Shown here: positions 27,494-36,760 of the stretch, one piece after another
Layout of the letters: each line of letters starts with the position of its first letter
Position numbering within the stretch: position 1 is the stretch's first letter
Assembly: GCA_036506455.1 (NCBI GenBank)
Contig: DASXRT010000062.1
Coordinates: 1-63,805 of the forward strand
Length of the DNA: 63,805 nucleotides
Direction: 5' to 3'
Source: Thermoanaerobaculia bacterium
GTDB taxonomy: Bacteria; Acidobacteriota; Thermoanaerobaculia; Gp7-AA8
The notes under the pieces: model-generated
Databases searched by the model: none
Seen by the model: the letters and a program-made list of their open reading frames with translations, nothing else
Told to the model about the DNA's origin: nothing
Program-made: the position numbers and the translations under genes

Positions 27494-28738
27494 GTGTTCG
27501 AAGACCTCATCTACGACTGGAACCTCGCGGTCGAGCAGCCGCGGCGTCCGAAGCGCCGCATCGAGTTCGATGACGAAACGCTGCGCGATGGACTGCAGTC
27601 GCCGTCGGTGACCGATCCGACGCTCGAAGAGAAGATCCAGATCCTCCACTTCATGAACGACATCGGCATCGACAACGCCGATATCGGTCTGCCCGGTGCC
27701 GGTCCGCATGTGCAGCGGACCGTCGAAGCGCTGGCGCGCGAGATCGTCACGAATAAGTTGAGCGTCTATCCGAGCGCCGCCGGTCGCACTCATGAGAACG
27801 ATGTACGGCCGATCATCGAGATCTCTCAGCGCGTCGGCATCGCCATCGAAGCCGATCTCTTCATCGGCTCGTCGCCGATCCGGCAATTCACCGAAGAGTG
27901 GGACATCGAGTGGATCGCCGAGCAGTCGTCGAAAGCGGTCCGCTTCGCCACCGAGAACGGCATCCCGGTCATGTACGTCACCGAAGACACGACGCGCGCG
28001 AAACCGGAAGACGTGGAGACGCTGTATACCGCGGCGATCGACGCCGGCGCGAAGCGCATCTGTATCGCCGACACTGTCGGTCACGCCACGCCGTGGGGTA
28101 CACGCAACCTCGTGCACTTCGTCCGATCCCTCGTGGATCGGCTGAATCCCGAAGTGAAGGTCGACTGGCATGGACATCAGGATCGCGCGCTCGGCATCAT
28201 CAACTGCATTGCCGCGCTCGAGGCGGGCGCCGATCGCGTGCACGGTTCAGCATCGGGCATCGGGGAGCGCGTCGGCAACACGCCGATGGATCTGTTGATG
28301 GTCAACCTCAAGCTGATGGGCTGGATCGACAACGACCTGACGAAGCTGCACGACTACGTGCGATTCGTTTCCAAAGTGACACACGTGCCTCTGCCCGACA
28401 ACTATCCTGTGTTCGGGCGCGATGCCTTCCGCACAGGCACCGGTGTGCATGCGGCCGCAATCATCAAGGCGCGCAAGAAGGGAAGCGAATGGCTCGCCGA
28501 CCGCGTTTACTCCGGCGTTCCGGCCGGTATGTTCGGCCTGCAGCAGATCATTGAGGTCGGGCCGATGTGCGGCCTTTCGAACGTCATCTATTGGTTGGCG
28601 GCTCATGGATATTCACAGGAAGAGTCGTTGGCGAAAGAGATCCTTCAGCTCGCGAAGTCGACCAATCGAGTCTTGACCGACGAAGAGTTGCATTCGGCCG
28701 TACAACGTTGGCAAAGCCTGGCCCGAGTGGCGGAATAG
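27494..28738 (+). CDS. DRE-TIM metallo-lyase, 2-isopropylmalate/homocitrate synthase (LeuA-like) family
   Basis: DETLRDGLQSP, ADTVGHATP and HGHQDRALG are metal/substrate motifs of the LeuA/NifV/HMGL clan. The last 18 nt overlap the tRNA-Leu gene. Confidence 0.75.
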   Translation: MFEDLIYDWNLAVEQPRRPKRRIEFDDETLRDGLQSPSVTDPTLEEKIQILHFMNDIGIDNADIGLPGAGPHVQRTVEALAREIVTNKLSVYPSAAGRTHENDVRPIIEISQRVGIAIEADLFIGSSPIRQFTEEWDIEWIAEQSSKAVRFATENGIPVMYVTEDTTRAKPEDVETLYTAAIDAGAKRICIADTVGHATPWGTRNLVHFVRSLVDRLNPEVKVDWHGHQDRALGIINCIAALEAGADRVHGSASGIGERVGNTPMDLLMVNLKLMGWIDNDLTKLHDYVRFVSKVTHVPLPDNYPVFGRDAFRTGTGVHAAAIIKARKKGSEWLADRVYSGVPAGMFGLQQIIEVGPMCGLSNVIYWLAAHGYSQEESLAKEILQLAKSTNRVLTDEELHSAVQRWQSLARVAE

Positions 28739-28807
28739 GCAGACGCAGTGGACTCAAAATCCACCGCCCTTTGGGGCATGCCGGTTCGAGTCCGGCCTCG
28801 GGCACCA
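28721..28807 (+). tRNA. tRNA-Leu (anticodon CAA), class II with long variable arm, CCA encoded
   Basis: GCCCGAG acceptor pairs with CTCGGGC. Anticodon stem-loop GTGGA-CTCAAAA-TCCAC. Variable arm CGCCCTTTGGGGCAT. T-arm GCCGG-TTCGAGT-CCGGC. 3' ACCA. Confidence 0.9.
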
Positions 28808-28821
28808 TTCACAGATCAACT

Positions 28822-31260
28822 ATGCGCCGAACTCTCATCGCCGTTCTCGTTCTGCTGAGTACTTCATCGACGTTTGCGGCGTCGAAACATTTCATCCTCT
28901 CGCCGCAGCGGCTGCTCAATGAACAGGAGCAGGCCGACCTCGCGAAGCGCGGACTGATCATCGAGCGTCCGCTGTCGAACGGCCGCTATCTCGTCCGCCT
29001 CGCGGACGACGCGACGGTCGCTGACGACGATCCGCGCATTCGCGCGCTGGGTCCATTGACCGCAAACTTGAAACTGCATCGCACCGCGGTTCGGGAAGTG
29101 GCCAGCGGCCGGCCGGTCGCGCGTCTCGATGTCTTGTTCCAGGATGACGTCCCGTTCGAAAGCGCGAAGGCCGCGATCGAAGCGGCCGGCGGCTCGTTGG
29201 CCGAGCCGCTGCAGCATGACTTTCATGAGCCGAGGCGCATCTCGGCGCGGATCGCGTCGTCGTCGGTCTCGACACTCGCCGGCGATGAGCGTGTCCTGCT
29301 CGTCTATGGGCCGAGGAATCTGCAGAAGGAGTCGGAGAATGCCACGGCGGCGGTGGAGTCGAACGTCACGCCGCTCTTCTCAGGGCCGTACAACCTCAGT
29401 GGCCAGGGCGTGGCGCTTTCGTACTTCGAGTTTGGACAAGCCGATGCGGCGCATCCGGAGTTCGGCGGACGCCTGACGACGCACATCACCGCTCAAAGCG
29501 ATCGCGATCATGCGACGCACGTTGCCGGGACGATGATCGCGTCGGGAATCGATCCAAAGGCGAAGGGGATGGCTCCCGCGGCGACGCTTCACGAATTCGA
29601 CGCGAACGACGACAACTTTCTCGATCTCAAACAGAGCCTGCCGGCCTTTTCCGCACTCGCCGACAACAACTCCTGGGGATACATCCTCGGCTGGTGTAAC
29701 CACGGAAGCCAGTGCTCCGGGAAGTGGGTGTGGGAAGACAACGAGCTCTACTACGGTGGATACGACGCGCTGGTGACCGCGCCGCTGGACAAGATCACTC
29801 GCACGGCCGGCGTCCTGATGGTTCACTCGGCCGGCAACGACGCCAACAAGCTCGGGCCGGTGTCTGCTCCCTTCGCTCACTCTCATTTCAACGACGATTG
29901 GTCGAAAGTCATCGATGGCTACTGCTATTCGGCTGATGGCAGCGGCAACGATTGCCCGGTGCCGACATGCACCGCGGGATCGAGCTTCTGCGAGACCACA
30001 CGCCATCCACAGATCACGAGTCTCCTGCCGGCGCCGTGGGTCTCGATCGGTCTGACCGCGGGGGCGAAAAATGTGATCGCCGTCGGGGCCGTCGACTCGT
30101 CGAAACAGATCGTGGCATTCAGCTCGCGTGGCCCGACGCGCGACGGGCGGGTCAAGCCCGATCTCGTGGCCAAAGGGATCAACATCTATTCGACGATACC
30201 GGGCAGCAGCTACGGGACGATGAGTGGGACGTCGATGTCCTCTCCGGTCGTGACCGGGACTACGGCGCTTCTCGTCGAACAGTGGCGCCGCACGTTCGGT
30301 GGGGCGAATCCGACTCCTGCGACGCTGAAGACGCTGATGATCGCCACAGCCGACGATCTCGGGAACGTCGGTCCCGATTACACGTACGGCTTCGGTCTGT
30401 TGAACGCAAAAGCGGCGGTGGACACGATCCTGGCCGATGCTGGGCAGGGGCGCCGCATCAAGATCGACAAGGTCGCGACGGGCGAGAAGATCGAGATGCC
30501 GGTCACGCTCAATGCAGCGCAAACGCTGCGCGTGGTCCTCGGCTGGAGCGATCCCGAGGTGCTGACTTTCCCCGATCCGAGTTACGAGGGCGATCCGCTC
30601 GCTGTAGCCACGCTGGTCAACGACCTCGATGTGAAGGTGGTCGATCCGAGCGGCGCGGATGTCCTTCCGTATGTGCTCAGCCGCGACAATCCATCCCAGC
30701 CGGCCACGCGCGGCGTCAACCGAGTCGACAACACCGAAGAGGTCGAGATCGCCGGGGCCGTCGCGGGAACCTACAAGGTCGTCATCACGGGGACGAGCGT
30801 CACGGCGAGCTCACCGCAGACCTTCGTCCTGGTGACGAACGGGGAGCTCGGAGTGGCGGCATTGCCGTGCACCGACGTGTTCGAGCCGAACAATTCGGCC
30901 GATACGGCGTATGGAAACCTCGTCTCCACGCAGACGCTCGACGGCCGGACGTGCGAGCAGGGCGACGTCGATTACTTCAAGTTCCTGGTCGACCGGCCGG
31001 GGACGGTCAGCGTAAGAGTCACAGCGAGCGACACACCTGTTCGCGTCACGCTCACCAGTAATGCCACGGCGGCGGTCACAGTCGATGTTGCGGCCGGTGC
31101 GACGCAAACGGTCAGCACGACGTACAGCGGCACGACAGCGACGACGTTCTTCGCACGCGTCGAGCCGATCGGAACGATCGGCAGCGCGGCTCGGTACACG
31201 ATCACGCCGACGTTCCCATACGCGGCCCATGCGCGGCGGCGTGCCGCCGCGCGACATTGA
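28822..31260 (+). CDS. secreted subtilisin-like (S8) serine protease with C-terminal PPC-type domain
   Basis: ATG 28822 gives the signal peptide MRRTLIAVLVLLSTSSTFA. Motifs DHATHVAGT and GTSMSSPVVTG. C-terminal PNNSADTAY...GDVDYFKF. The longer track ORF reads through the tRNA and is rejected. Confidence 0.85.
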   Translation: MRRTLIAVLVLLSTSSTFAASKHFILSPQRLLNEQEQADLAKRGLIIERPLSNGRYLVRLADDATVADDDPRIRALGPLTANLKLHRTAVREVASGRPVARLDVLFQDDVPFESAKAAIEAAGGSLAEPLQHDFHEPRRISARIASSSVSTLAGDERVLLVYGPRNLQKESENATAAVESNVTPLFSGPYNLSGQGVALSYFEFGQADAAHPEFGGRLTTHITAQSDRDHATHVAGTMIASGIDPKAKGMAPAATLHEFDANDDNFLDLKQSLPAFSALADNNSWGYILGWCNHGSQCSGKWVWEDNELYYGGYDALVTAPLDKITRTAGVLMVHSAGNDANKLGPVSAPFAHSHFNDDWSKVIDGYCYSADGSGNDCPVPTCTAGSSFCETTRHPQITSLLPAPWVSIGLTAGAKNVIAVGAVDSSKQIVAFSSRGPTRDGRVKPDLVAKGINIYSTIPGSSYGTMSGTSMSSPVVTGTTALLVEQWRRTFGGANPTPATLKTLMIATADDLGNVGPDYTYGFGLLNAKAAVDTILADAGQGRRIKIDKVATGEKIEMPVTLNAAQTLRVVLGWSDPEVLTFPDPSYEGDPLAVATLVNDLDVKVVDPSGADVLPYVLSRDNPSQPATRGVNRVDNTEEVEIAGAVAGTYKVVITGTSVTASSPQTFVLVTNGELGVAALPCTDVFEPNNSADTAYGNLVSTQTLDGRTCEQGDVDYFKFLVDRPGTVSVRVTASDTPVRVTLTSNATAAVTVDVAAGATQTVSTTYSGTTATTFFARVEPIGTIGSAARYTITPTFPYAAHARRRAAARH

Positions 31261-31293
31261 TCTAGAACAATGCGGATATTGTCCTAGCACGAT

Positions 31294-32949
31294 ATGCAGA
31301 GAGCCACACTGCTGTTGCTGGCGATCGTCATCGTTCCTGTTCCGTGCGCTGGGCACGCGGTCGTCGACGTCGGTGTCCACTTCGCCGCGCCTGAGTTTGT
31401 CGCGCGCGGGTCGACGGCCTCGATCGAGGTTGTCGTCGATGCCCTCGCGTACGATTCCGCGTATGGCGTCACACTGCAGATTCAGATCAACGACGCCCGC
31501 GCTTCGTCCGGCGATCCGATCTGGCGCTGCATCAGCGGGCCCGAGCTGATTCAGTGTTCAGCGGAAGAGCTGACAGCGGGACCGCATCCGGTGCGCGTCG
31601 ATGTGAAGGTGCCCGCGAGTGCATCGGAGTTTCGCGCGCGGGCGACCGTCGATTCGCTGGGCAGCTTCGATCCGAATGGCGCGAACAATAGCGCCACTGT
31701 GGAGAGCCGGACGTTCGACCCCGCGCGCTGCCAGCAGGCTCCTCCACAGATCGCCGGCGATTTCGAGTGGACTGCTTCGCCGGGCGCGATCACGTACGAG
31801 ATCTTCTACGGGATCGACGGCGAAACGCCGCACGTCGCCGGCAAGACGAGCGACACTCGTGCGCCGCTGAACGTTCCGGGTGGAGAAGTGACATGGTTTG
31901 TGCGTGCGCGATTCGACGGTTGTCCGGCGTTGGACAGTGCCAGATCCAGCTTTCCATCGTTCGGCGCGCCGATGAAGCTCGCTGTAGTGACGTCGTGGCG
32001 CGACGGACTCATGGCGCCTCAGTCAGTGGCCATTTACAGAAGCGGCATCGTCGTCGCCGATCCGCCATCAAGGCGGCTCTACACGTTCGACCCAGCCGGC
32101 CCCGCTCTCGCGCCGCTAAGACTGTTCGGCGACGTCGTCAGCGATCCGCCGGCATTCGACGGCGGGATCACGACCGGACCGGGCGACTATCTGTACGACG
32201 CCGATCGCAGTACGCATTCTGTGCGTCTCGCCGATTCGACGCAGTACATGTACTTCGTGGCTGGACAAGCGAGAGCCGGTGGCACTGTCGACGGCCAGGG
32301 CCTGATGGCACGCTTCGACGCGCCGGCCGCGATCGCGGTCGATGCGAAAGGTTCGTTCTTCATCACCGACAGCGTCAGTCACGTCGTGCGGCGCATGGCG
32401 TACAGCAGCGCCAAATTCGATTTCACCGTGACCACATATGCCGGACTCGCAGGATCCAGCGGATTCGCCGACGGCGGTGGCTCGGCCGCCCGCTTCAACG
32501 ATCCAGCCGGCGTGGCGATGGACGCAGCGGGCAACGTTCTCATCGCCGATCGGGGCAATCACGTCATCCGACGAATCGCCGCTGACGGGACCGTGTCGAC
32601 GATTGCTGGTGCCGCCGGTGTGGCTGGCCATCGCGACGGCGTCGGTGCCAGCGCATTGTTCAACCGGCCGTACGGCGTTGCTCTCGATCCCTGGGGCAAT
32701 CTCTACGTGACTGAAGAAGGCAATCATGACGTTCGCAAGATCGCGCCGAATAGGCGCGTGACCACGGTTGCCGGTGATCCCCAAACGCCGGGCCGCAGCG
32801 ATGGTGTCGGCGCGGCGGCGCACTTCGAGCATCCCGCGCTGCTGGCGATCGCGTCCGACGGGACGCTATGGATTCCCGACGCCGGTAATGGTCGTCTGCT
32901 GCGCGCTGCGCCATCGACGGGCGAGCGGCGCCGGGCCGTGAGACGTTGA
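31294..32949 (+). CDS. secreted NHL-repeat beta-propeller protein
   Basis: Signal-like N-terminus. Repeated D(S/R)xNHV(V/I)RR(M/I)A, FNxPxGVAxD and GNLYVT blocks. Confidence 0.75.
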   Translation: MQRATLLLLAIVIVPVPCAGHAVVDVGVHFAAPEFVARGSTASIEVVVDALAYDSAYGVTLQIQINDARASSGDPIWRCISGPELIQCSAEELTAGPHPVRVDVKVPASASEFRARATVDSLGSFDPNGANNSATVESRTFDPARCQQAPPQIAGDFEWTASPGAITYEIFYGIDGETPHVAGKTSDTRAPLNVPGGEVTWFVRARFDGCPALDSARSSFPSFGAPMKLAVVTSWRDGLMAPQSVAIYRSGIVVADPPSRRLYTFDPAGPALAPLRLFGDVVSDPPAFDGGITTGPGDYLYDADRSTHSVRLADSTQYMYFVAGQARAGGTVDGQGLMARFDAPAAIAVDAKGSFFITDSVSHVVRRMAYSSAKFDFTVTTYAGLAGSSGFADGGGSAARFNDPAGVAMDAAGNVLIADRGNHVIRRIAADGTVSTIAGAAGVAGHRDGVGASALFNRPYGVALDPWGNLYVTEEGNHDVRKIAPNRRVTTVAGDPQTPGRSDGVGAAAHFEHPALLAIASDGTLWIPDAGNGRLLRAAPSTGERRRAVRR

Positions 32950-32981
32950 CGCTGCAGCGGAGGTGCTAATCTCCCCGCGCG

Positions 32982-33749
32982 ATGCCGTACAAAACGCTGC
33001 TGGTCGATGAAGCCGATGGCGTCCTCACCGTCACACTGAATCGTCCCGATGTCCACAACGCGTTCAACGATGAGCTGATCGCGGAGGCGATCGATGCCTT
33101 TTCGAAGGCTTCCGCGGCCCGCGCCGTCGTCCTCCGCGGCAGCGGTCCCACCTTCTGCGCCGGCGCCGATGTGAACTGGATGTCGCGCATGGTCTCCTAC
33201 ACGCGTGACGAGAACATTCGCGATTCGTCGCAGCTAGCGAAGATGTACGCGGTGATCAATGAGTGTCCGCTTCCGGTCATCGGACGGATCACCGGCGCGG
33301 CCATCGGCGGCGGCGTCGGTCTCGTCGCTGTCTGCGACATCGCCATTGCGCAGCCGCAGACGAAGTTCGGACTCTCCGAGGTGAAGCTGGGGATTTTGCC
33401 GGCGGTGATCTCGCCGTATGTGATCACGAAAATCGGACCGTCGCACGCTCGAGCGCTCTTTCTCACCGGCGAGCGTTTCGACGCTGAGCGCGCGCTGCGC
33501 ATCGGCCTGGTTCACCATATCGCCGATGACATCGATGCCGCGGTTGCCGAAACCGTCGCGCAGATCAAGACCTCGGGCCCCGAGGCCGTTCGCGAATGCA
33601 AGAAGCTGGTCGCATACGTCGCCACGCACGACCTGATCGATGCCATTCCTTACACGATCGATGCGATCGCCACGCGCCGCGTATCCGATGAAGGGCAGAG
33701 GGGGATGAAGGCGTTCCTCGAGAAGAAGAAAGCTCCGTGGGCAAGCTGA
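32982..33749 (+). CDS. enoyl-CoA hydratase family (methylglutaconyl-CoA hydratase-like)
   Basis: FCAGADV and GAAIGGGVGLVAVCDI match the crotonase fold. It overlaps the downstream biotin carboxylase gene by 13 nt. Confidence 0.8.
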   Translation: MPYKTLLVDEADGVLTVTLNRPDVHNAFNDELIAEAIDAFSKASAARAVVLRGSGPTFCAGADVNWMSRMVSYTRDENIRDSSQLAKMYAVINECPLPVIGRITGAAIGGGVGLVAVCDIAIAQPQTKFGLSEVKLGILPAVISPYVITKIGPSHARALFLTGERFDAERALRIGLVHHIADDIDAAVAETVAQIKTSGPEAVRECKKLVAYVATHDLIDAIPYTIDAIATRRVSDEGQRGMKAFLEKKKAPWAS

Positions 33750-35188
33750 GGAAGGTGCTCGTCGCCAATCGCGGCGAGATCGCGGTGCGCATCGCTCGCG
33801 CCTGCCGCGAATCGCGTATCACTTCCGTGCTCGCGTATTCTGAAGCCGACGATACGCGTTATGTGCGCCGCTTCTTCGACGAGAGTGTGCCGATCTCGTC
33901 GTATCTCGACGTCCATGCCGTGATCGATGCGGCGCGGCGCTCCGGCGCCGATGCCATTCATCCCGGGTATGGCTTTCTCTCCGAGCGCGCGGAGCTGGCT
34001 GCCGCATGCGCTGACGCGAAGATCGTGTTCATCGGACCGAACGCGTCGTCGATCGCCGCCATGGGTTCAAAAGCCGGCGCCCGCGCTCTGATGCAGCGCC
34101 TCGGCGTCCCCGTGGTCCCCGGCTATGACGGCGAAGATCAGAAAGACGCGACGCTTGCGGCCGAGGCGAAGCGGATCGGTTTCCCGGTGCTGATCAAGGC
34201 GTCGTCGGGCGGGGGCGGGAAGGGGATGAAAATCGTTCGCGACGCGAGCGAGCTGCAGCCGCAGATCGAATCGGCGCGGCGCGAGGCCAAGAAAGCATTC
34301 GGCGCCGATCGTCTGCTGATCGAGAAGTACATCGAGGAGTCGCGTCACGTCGAAGTGCAGATCTTCGGCGATTCGCAAGGCGAGATCGTGCATCTCTTCG
34401 AACGCGACTGCTCGATTCAGCGGCGATATCAGAAGGTGGTCGAAGAGTCGCCGGCACCCGATTACTCCGAAGAGCTGCGGCAGAGGATGACGGCTGCCGC
34501 GATCGCCGCCGCACGCGGCGTCAAGTATGAGAACGCCGGGACGGTCGAGTTCATCGTCACACCCGAGCGCGACTTCTACTTTCTCGAGATGAACACGCGC
34601 CTACAGGTCGAGCATCCGGTGACGGAGCTTGTCACCGGTGTCGATCTCGTGCGCGGACAGCTCGAAGTCGCCTCGGGGAAGCCGATGCCGTGGAAATCAG
34701 TCGAGCAGCGGGGCCACGCGATCGAAGTCCGCATTTATGCCGAAGATCCCGACGATCGCTTTCTTCCCCAGAGCGGCCGCATCGATTACCTGGTCGAGCC
34801 ATCCGGTCCGGGCGTGCGTGTCGACTCCGGTGTGATGCAGGGAAGTGAGATCGGTCTGCACTTCGATCCGATGCTGGCGAAGCTGATCGCGTATGCACCG
34901 ACGCGCGACGCCACGATCGATCGCCTCGACCGCGCCCTCCGCGATTACCTCATCCTTGGCGTCACGACAAACGTCTCATGGCTGCGCCACGTCGTGACCC
35001 ATCGCGCTTTCCGCGAAGGGAAAGTGAGCACGCGATTCCTCATCGATCACGAAGCCGATCTACGGAGAGAAGTGCCGGAGGTCGTCCCTCTGATCGCAAA
35101 CGCACTGGCCCAGCACGACCGACAACCGACAACCAACAACCGACAACGCTCCATATGGGACACACTCGGAACATGGGGTCGCACATGA
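33737..35188 (+). CDS. biotin carboxylase domain protein (acyl-CoA carboxylase alpha type) lacking a BCCP/biotinyl domain
   Basis: KVLVANRGEIAVRI, an ATP-grasp block (GGGGKGMKIV) and EMNTRLQVEHPVTE. The ORF ends at residue 483 inside a CAACCGA heptamer array. No lipoyl/biotinyl AMKM motif. Confidence 0.8.
   Translation: MGKLRKVLVANRGEIAVRIARACRESRITSVLAYSEADDTRYVRRFFDESVPISSYLDVHAVIDAARRSGADAIHPGYGFLSERAELAAACADAKIVFIGPNASSIAAMGSKAGARALMQRLGVPVVPGYDGEDQKDATLAAEAKRIGFPVLIKASSGGGGKGMKIVRDASELQPQIESARREAKKAFGADRLLIEKYIEESRHVEVQIFGDSQGEIVHLFERDCSIQRRYQKVVEESPAPDYSEELRQRMTAAAIAAARGVKYENAGTVEFIVTPERDFYFLEMNTRLQVEHPVTELVTGVDLVRGQLEVASGKPMPWKSVEQRGHAIEVRIYAEDPDDRFLPQSGRIDYLVEPSGPGVRVDSGVMQGSEIGLHFDPMLAKLIAYAPTRDATIDRLDRALRDYLILGVTTNVSWLRHVVTHRAFREGKVSTRFLIDHEADLRREVPEVVPLIANALAQHDRQPTTNNRQRSIWDTLGTWGRT
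35116..35148. repeat. orphan tandem heptamer array (CGACCGA CAACCGA CAACCAA CAACCGA CAACG) with no complementary arm
   Basis: Read directly. It lies in the last 25 codons of the biotin carboxylase ORF. Confidence 0.7.
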
Positions 35189-36288
35189 AACGCATCGCAC
35201 TGCTCCTGTTCGCGTTCGCTGACACAGCCTTCGCCGACACTCTGCTGGTCCTCAACAAGGCTGATGCGACGCTCGCCTTCGTCGACGCGTCGTCATTGCA
35301 AGTGATCTCGAAGATCCCGACAGGCGAAGGCCCTCATGAGGTGGCGACCGATGGCCGAATCGCGCTCGTGGCGAACTACGGCACCGGCCCGAATCCGGGA
35401 AGCACGGTGTCGATCGTCGATGTCGCCACGAGAAAAGAACGGAAACGTCTCGCGCTGCCCGGACTTCTGCGGCCTCACGGAATGTATGCGATCGGATCGC
35501 ATATCTACTTCACCGCCGAAGGCAGCCGCGTCGTTGCGCGCTACGACACTCCTTCATCGTCGATCGATTGGATCAGCGGCACCGGGCAGGACGTCACACA
35601 CATGGTCGTAGTGATGCCGGGAGAGAAGAAGCTATACACCGCAAATATCGGATCCGACAGTGTGAGCGTGATCGATCTCAGCGGTGCGCCACGACGCACG
35701 GGACTCAAGCACATCGCCGTCGGAAAAGGACCGGAAGGAATCGATCTTTCGCCTGACGGACACGAGCTGTGGGTGTCCCATGGCGGCGAGGCATCGCTCT
35801 CCGTCATCGATACCGCGACCGACAAAGTGCTGCGTGTGGTGAGCACGGGAACGAAGTTGGCGAACCGTGTGAAGTTCACGCGCGACGGAAAACGCGCGCT
35901 CGTCTCCGATCCCGGTGCGAATGAAGTGATCGTTCTCGACGCGGCAACGAAAGAGGTCATCAAGCGTGTGACGATGGCGGAGGGTCCGTCGGGAATCCTC
36001 ATCGCGCCCGACGGCAAGCGCGCGTTCGTCGCTTGCAGCGGTGCGGGCATCGTGCAGGTGCTCGATCTCGATTCGCTCTCGATCACCGGCTCGGTGGCCA
36101 CCGGCAATCAACCTGACGGCATGGCTTACGCGCCGCGTTTGCCCAGCGCCTCCGGCGCGCGCACGCGTCCGGCTTCGGCTCGGGATAGAAGCGCGTTCTC
36201 TGACTCGGATCTCGTGGAAACGGGCCGCCATCTTGATGCTGCACAACACGTGAAGAGTTGCGCGGCCTGCCAAGAGAGTTTGACATGA
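35185..36288 (+). CDS. secreted YVTN/YncE-like beta-propeller repeat protein
   Basis: ATG 35185 (ATGA overlap with the upstream stop) gives the signal MKRIALLLFAFADTAFA. Repeated GxGPxGI/EV..SPDG blocks. The C-terminal tail after DGMAYAP looks non-native. Confidence 0.75.
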   Translation: MKRIALLLFAFADTAFADTLLVLNKADATLAFVDASSLQVISKIPTGEGPHEVATDGRIALVANYGTGPNPGSTVSIVDVATRKERKRLALPGLLRPHGMYAIGSHIYFTAEGSRVVARYDTPSSSIDWISGTGQDVTHMVVVMPGEKKLYTANIGSDSVSVIDLSGAPRRTGLKHIAVGKGPEGIDLSPDGHELWVSHGGEASLSVIDTATDKVLRVVSTGTKLANRVKFTRDGKRALVSDPGANEVIVLDAATKEVIKRVTMAEGPSGILIAPDGKRAFVACSGAGIVQVLDLDSLSITGSVATGNQPDGMAYAPRLPSASGARTRPASARDRSAFSDSDLVETGRHLDAAQHVKSCAACQESLT

Positions 36289-36338
36289 CGTGAGACCCTC
36301 GATGAAGAAACCGCGGCGCGGAGTTTCCCAGAGAAACA

Positions 36339-36465
36339 GTTGACGCACCACCAGTGATCGATTGGTACCAGAGGCCATCCAGGAGTGATCGGGAGTAAGC
36401 ATCGGAATCGCCTAGCGCGAGCGGCGTGGATGCTGCCGCTTCATCGCCGCGCCGATCCGGGCTTG
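36339..36465 (+). repeat. 127-bp direct repeat, copy R1 (probable IS91-type element end)
   Basis: Differs from 40217-40343 at 5 positions (my by-eye count). The transposase zinc-finger fragment follows downstream. Confidence 0.8.
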
Positions 36466-36517
36466 CCGTATATCGCCCGCGGAATCCTCAATCGACTCCG
36501 TTGTACGGCCCTGCTCG

Positions 36518-36760
36518 ATGAGCGGTACGAGGCGGTCAAAGGGGAGAGGAGCGTTTCGAAACGCGTTTCGGCTTCTCGCGAGGATTCGTCGATGGAGCGG
36601 TGAACCGCTATCTCGATTGCGGCATTCTGGAGAATGGGTTCGCGCGCGTCCGCTGCGGGGATTGCCATAAGGACATGCTCGTGGCCTTCTCGTGCAAGGG
36701 ACGAGGGATCTGCCCAATGCGGCGACGCCAAACGCGCCGCGCAGATGGCGGCGCGGCTGC
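36518..36760 (+). pseudogene. N-terminal fragment of an IS91/IS801-family (Y2, rolling-circle) transposase, zinc-binding region only, frameshifted
   Basis: ERFETRFGFSRGFVDGAVNRYLDCGILENGFARVRCGDCHKDMLVAFSCKGRGICP matches the family N-terminal Zn-binding motif. The continuation CGDAKRAAQMAARL is in another frame. No catalytic Y2 domain follows. Confidence 0.5.

Noticed and set aside
28567-28821. N-terminal extension of the S8 protease ORF
   Set aside because: The extension reads straight through the tRNA-Leu gene. ATG 28822 gives a proper signal peptide.
28721-32949. tRNA-Leu as an integration site for a genomic island (S8 protease and NHL genes)
   Set aside because: I could find no integrase, no direct repeat of the tRNA 3' end and no mobility genes downstream. 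The genes look like ordinary secreted hydrolases.
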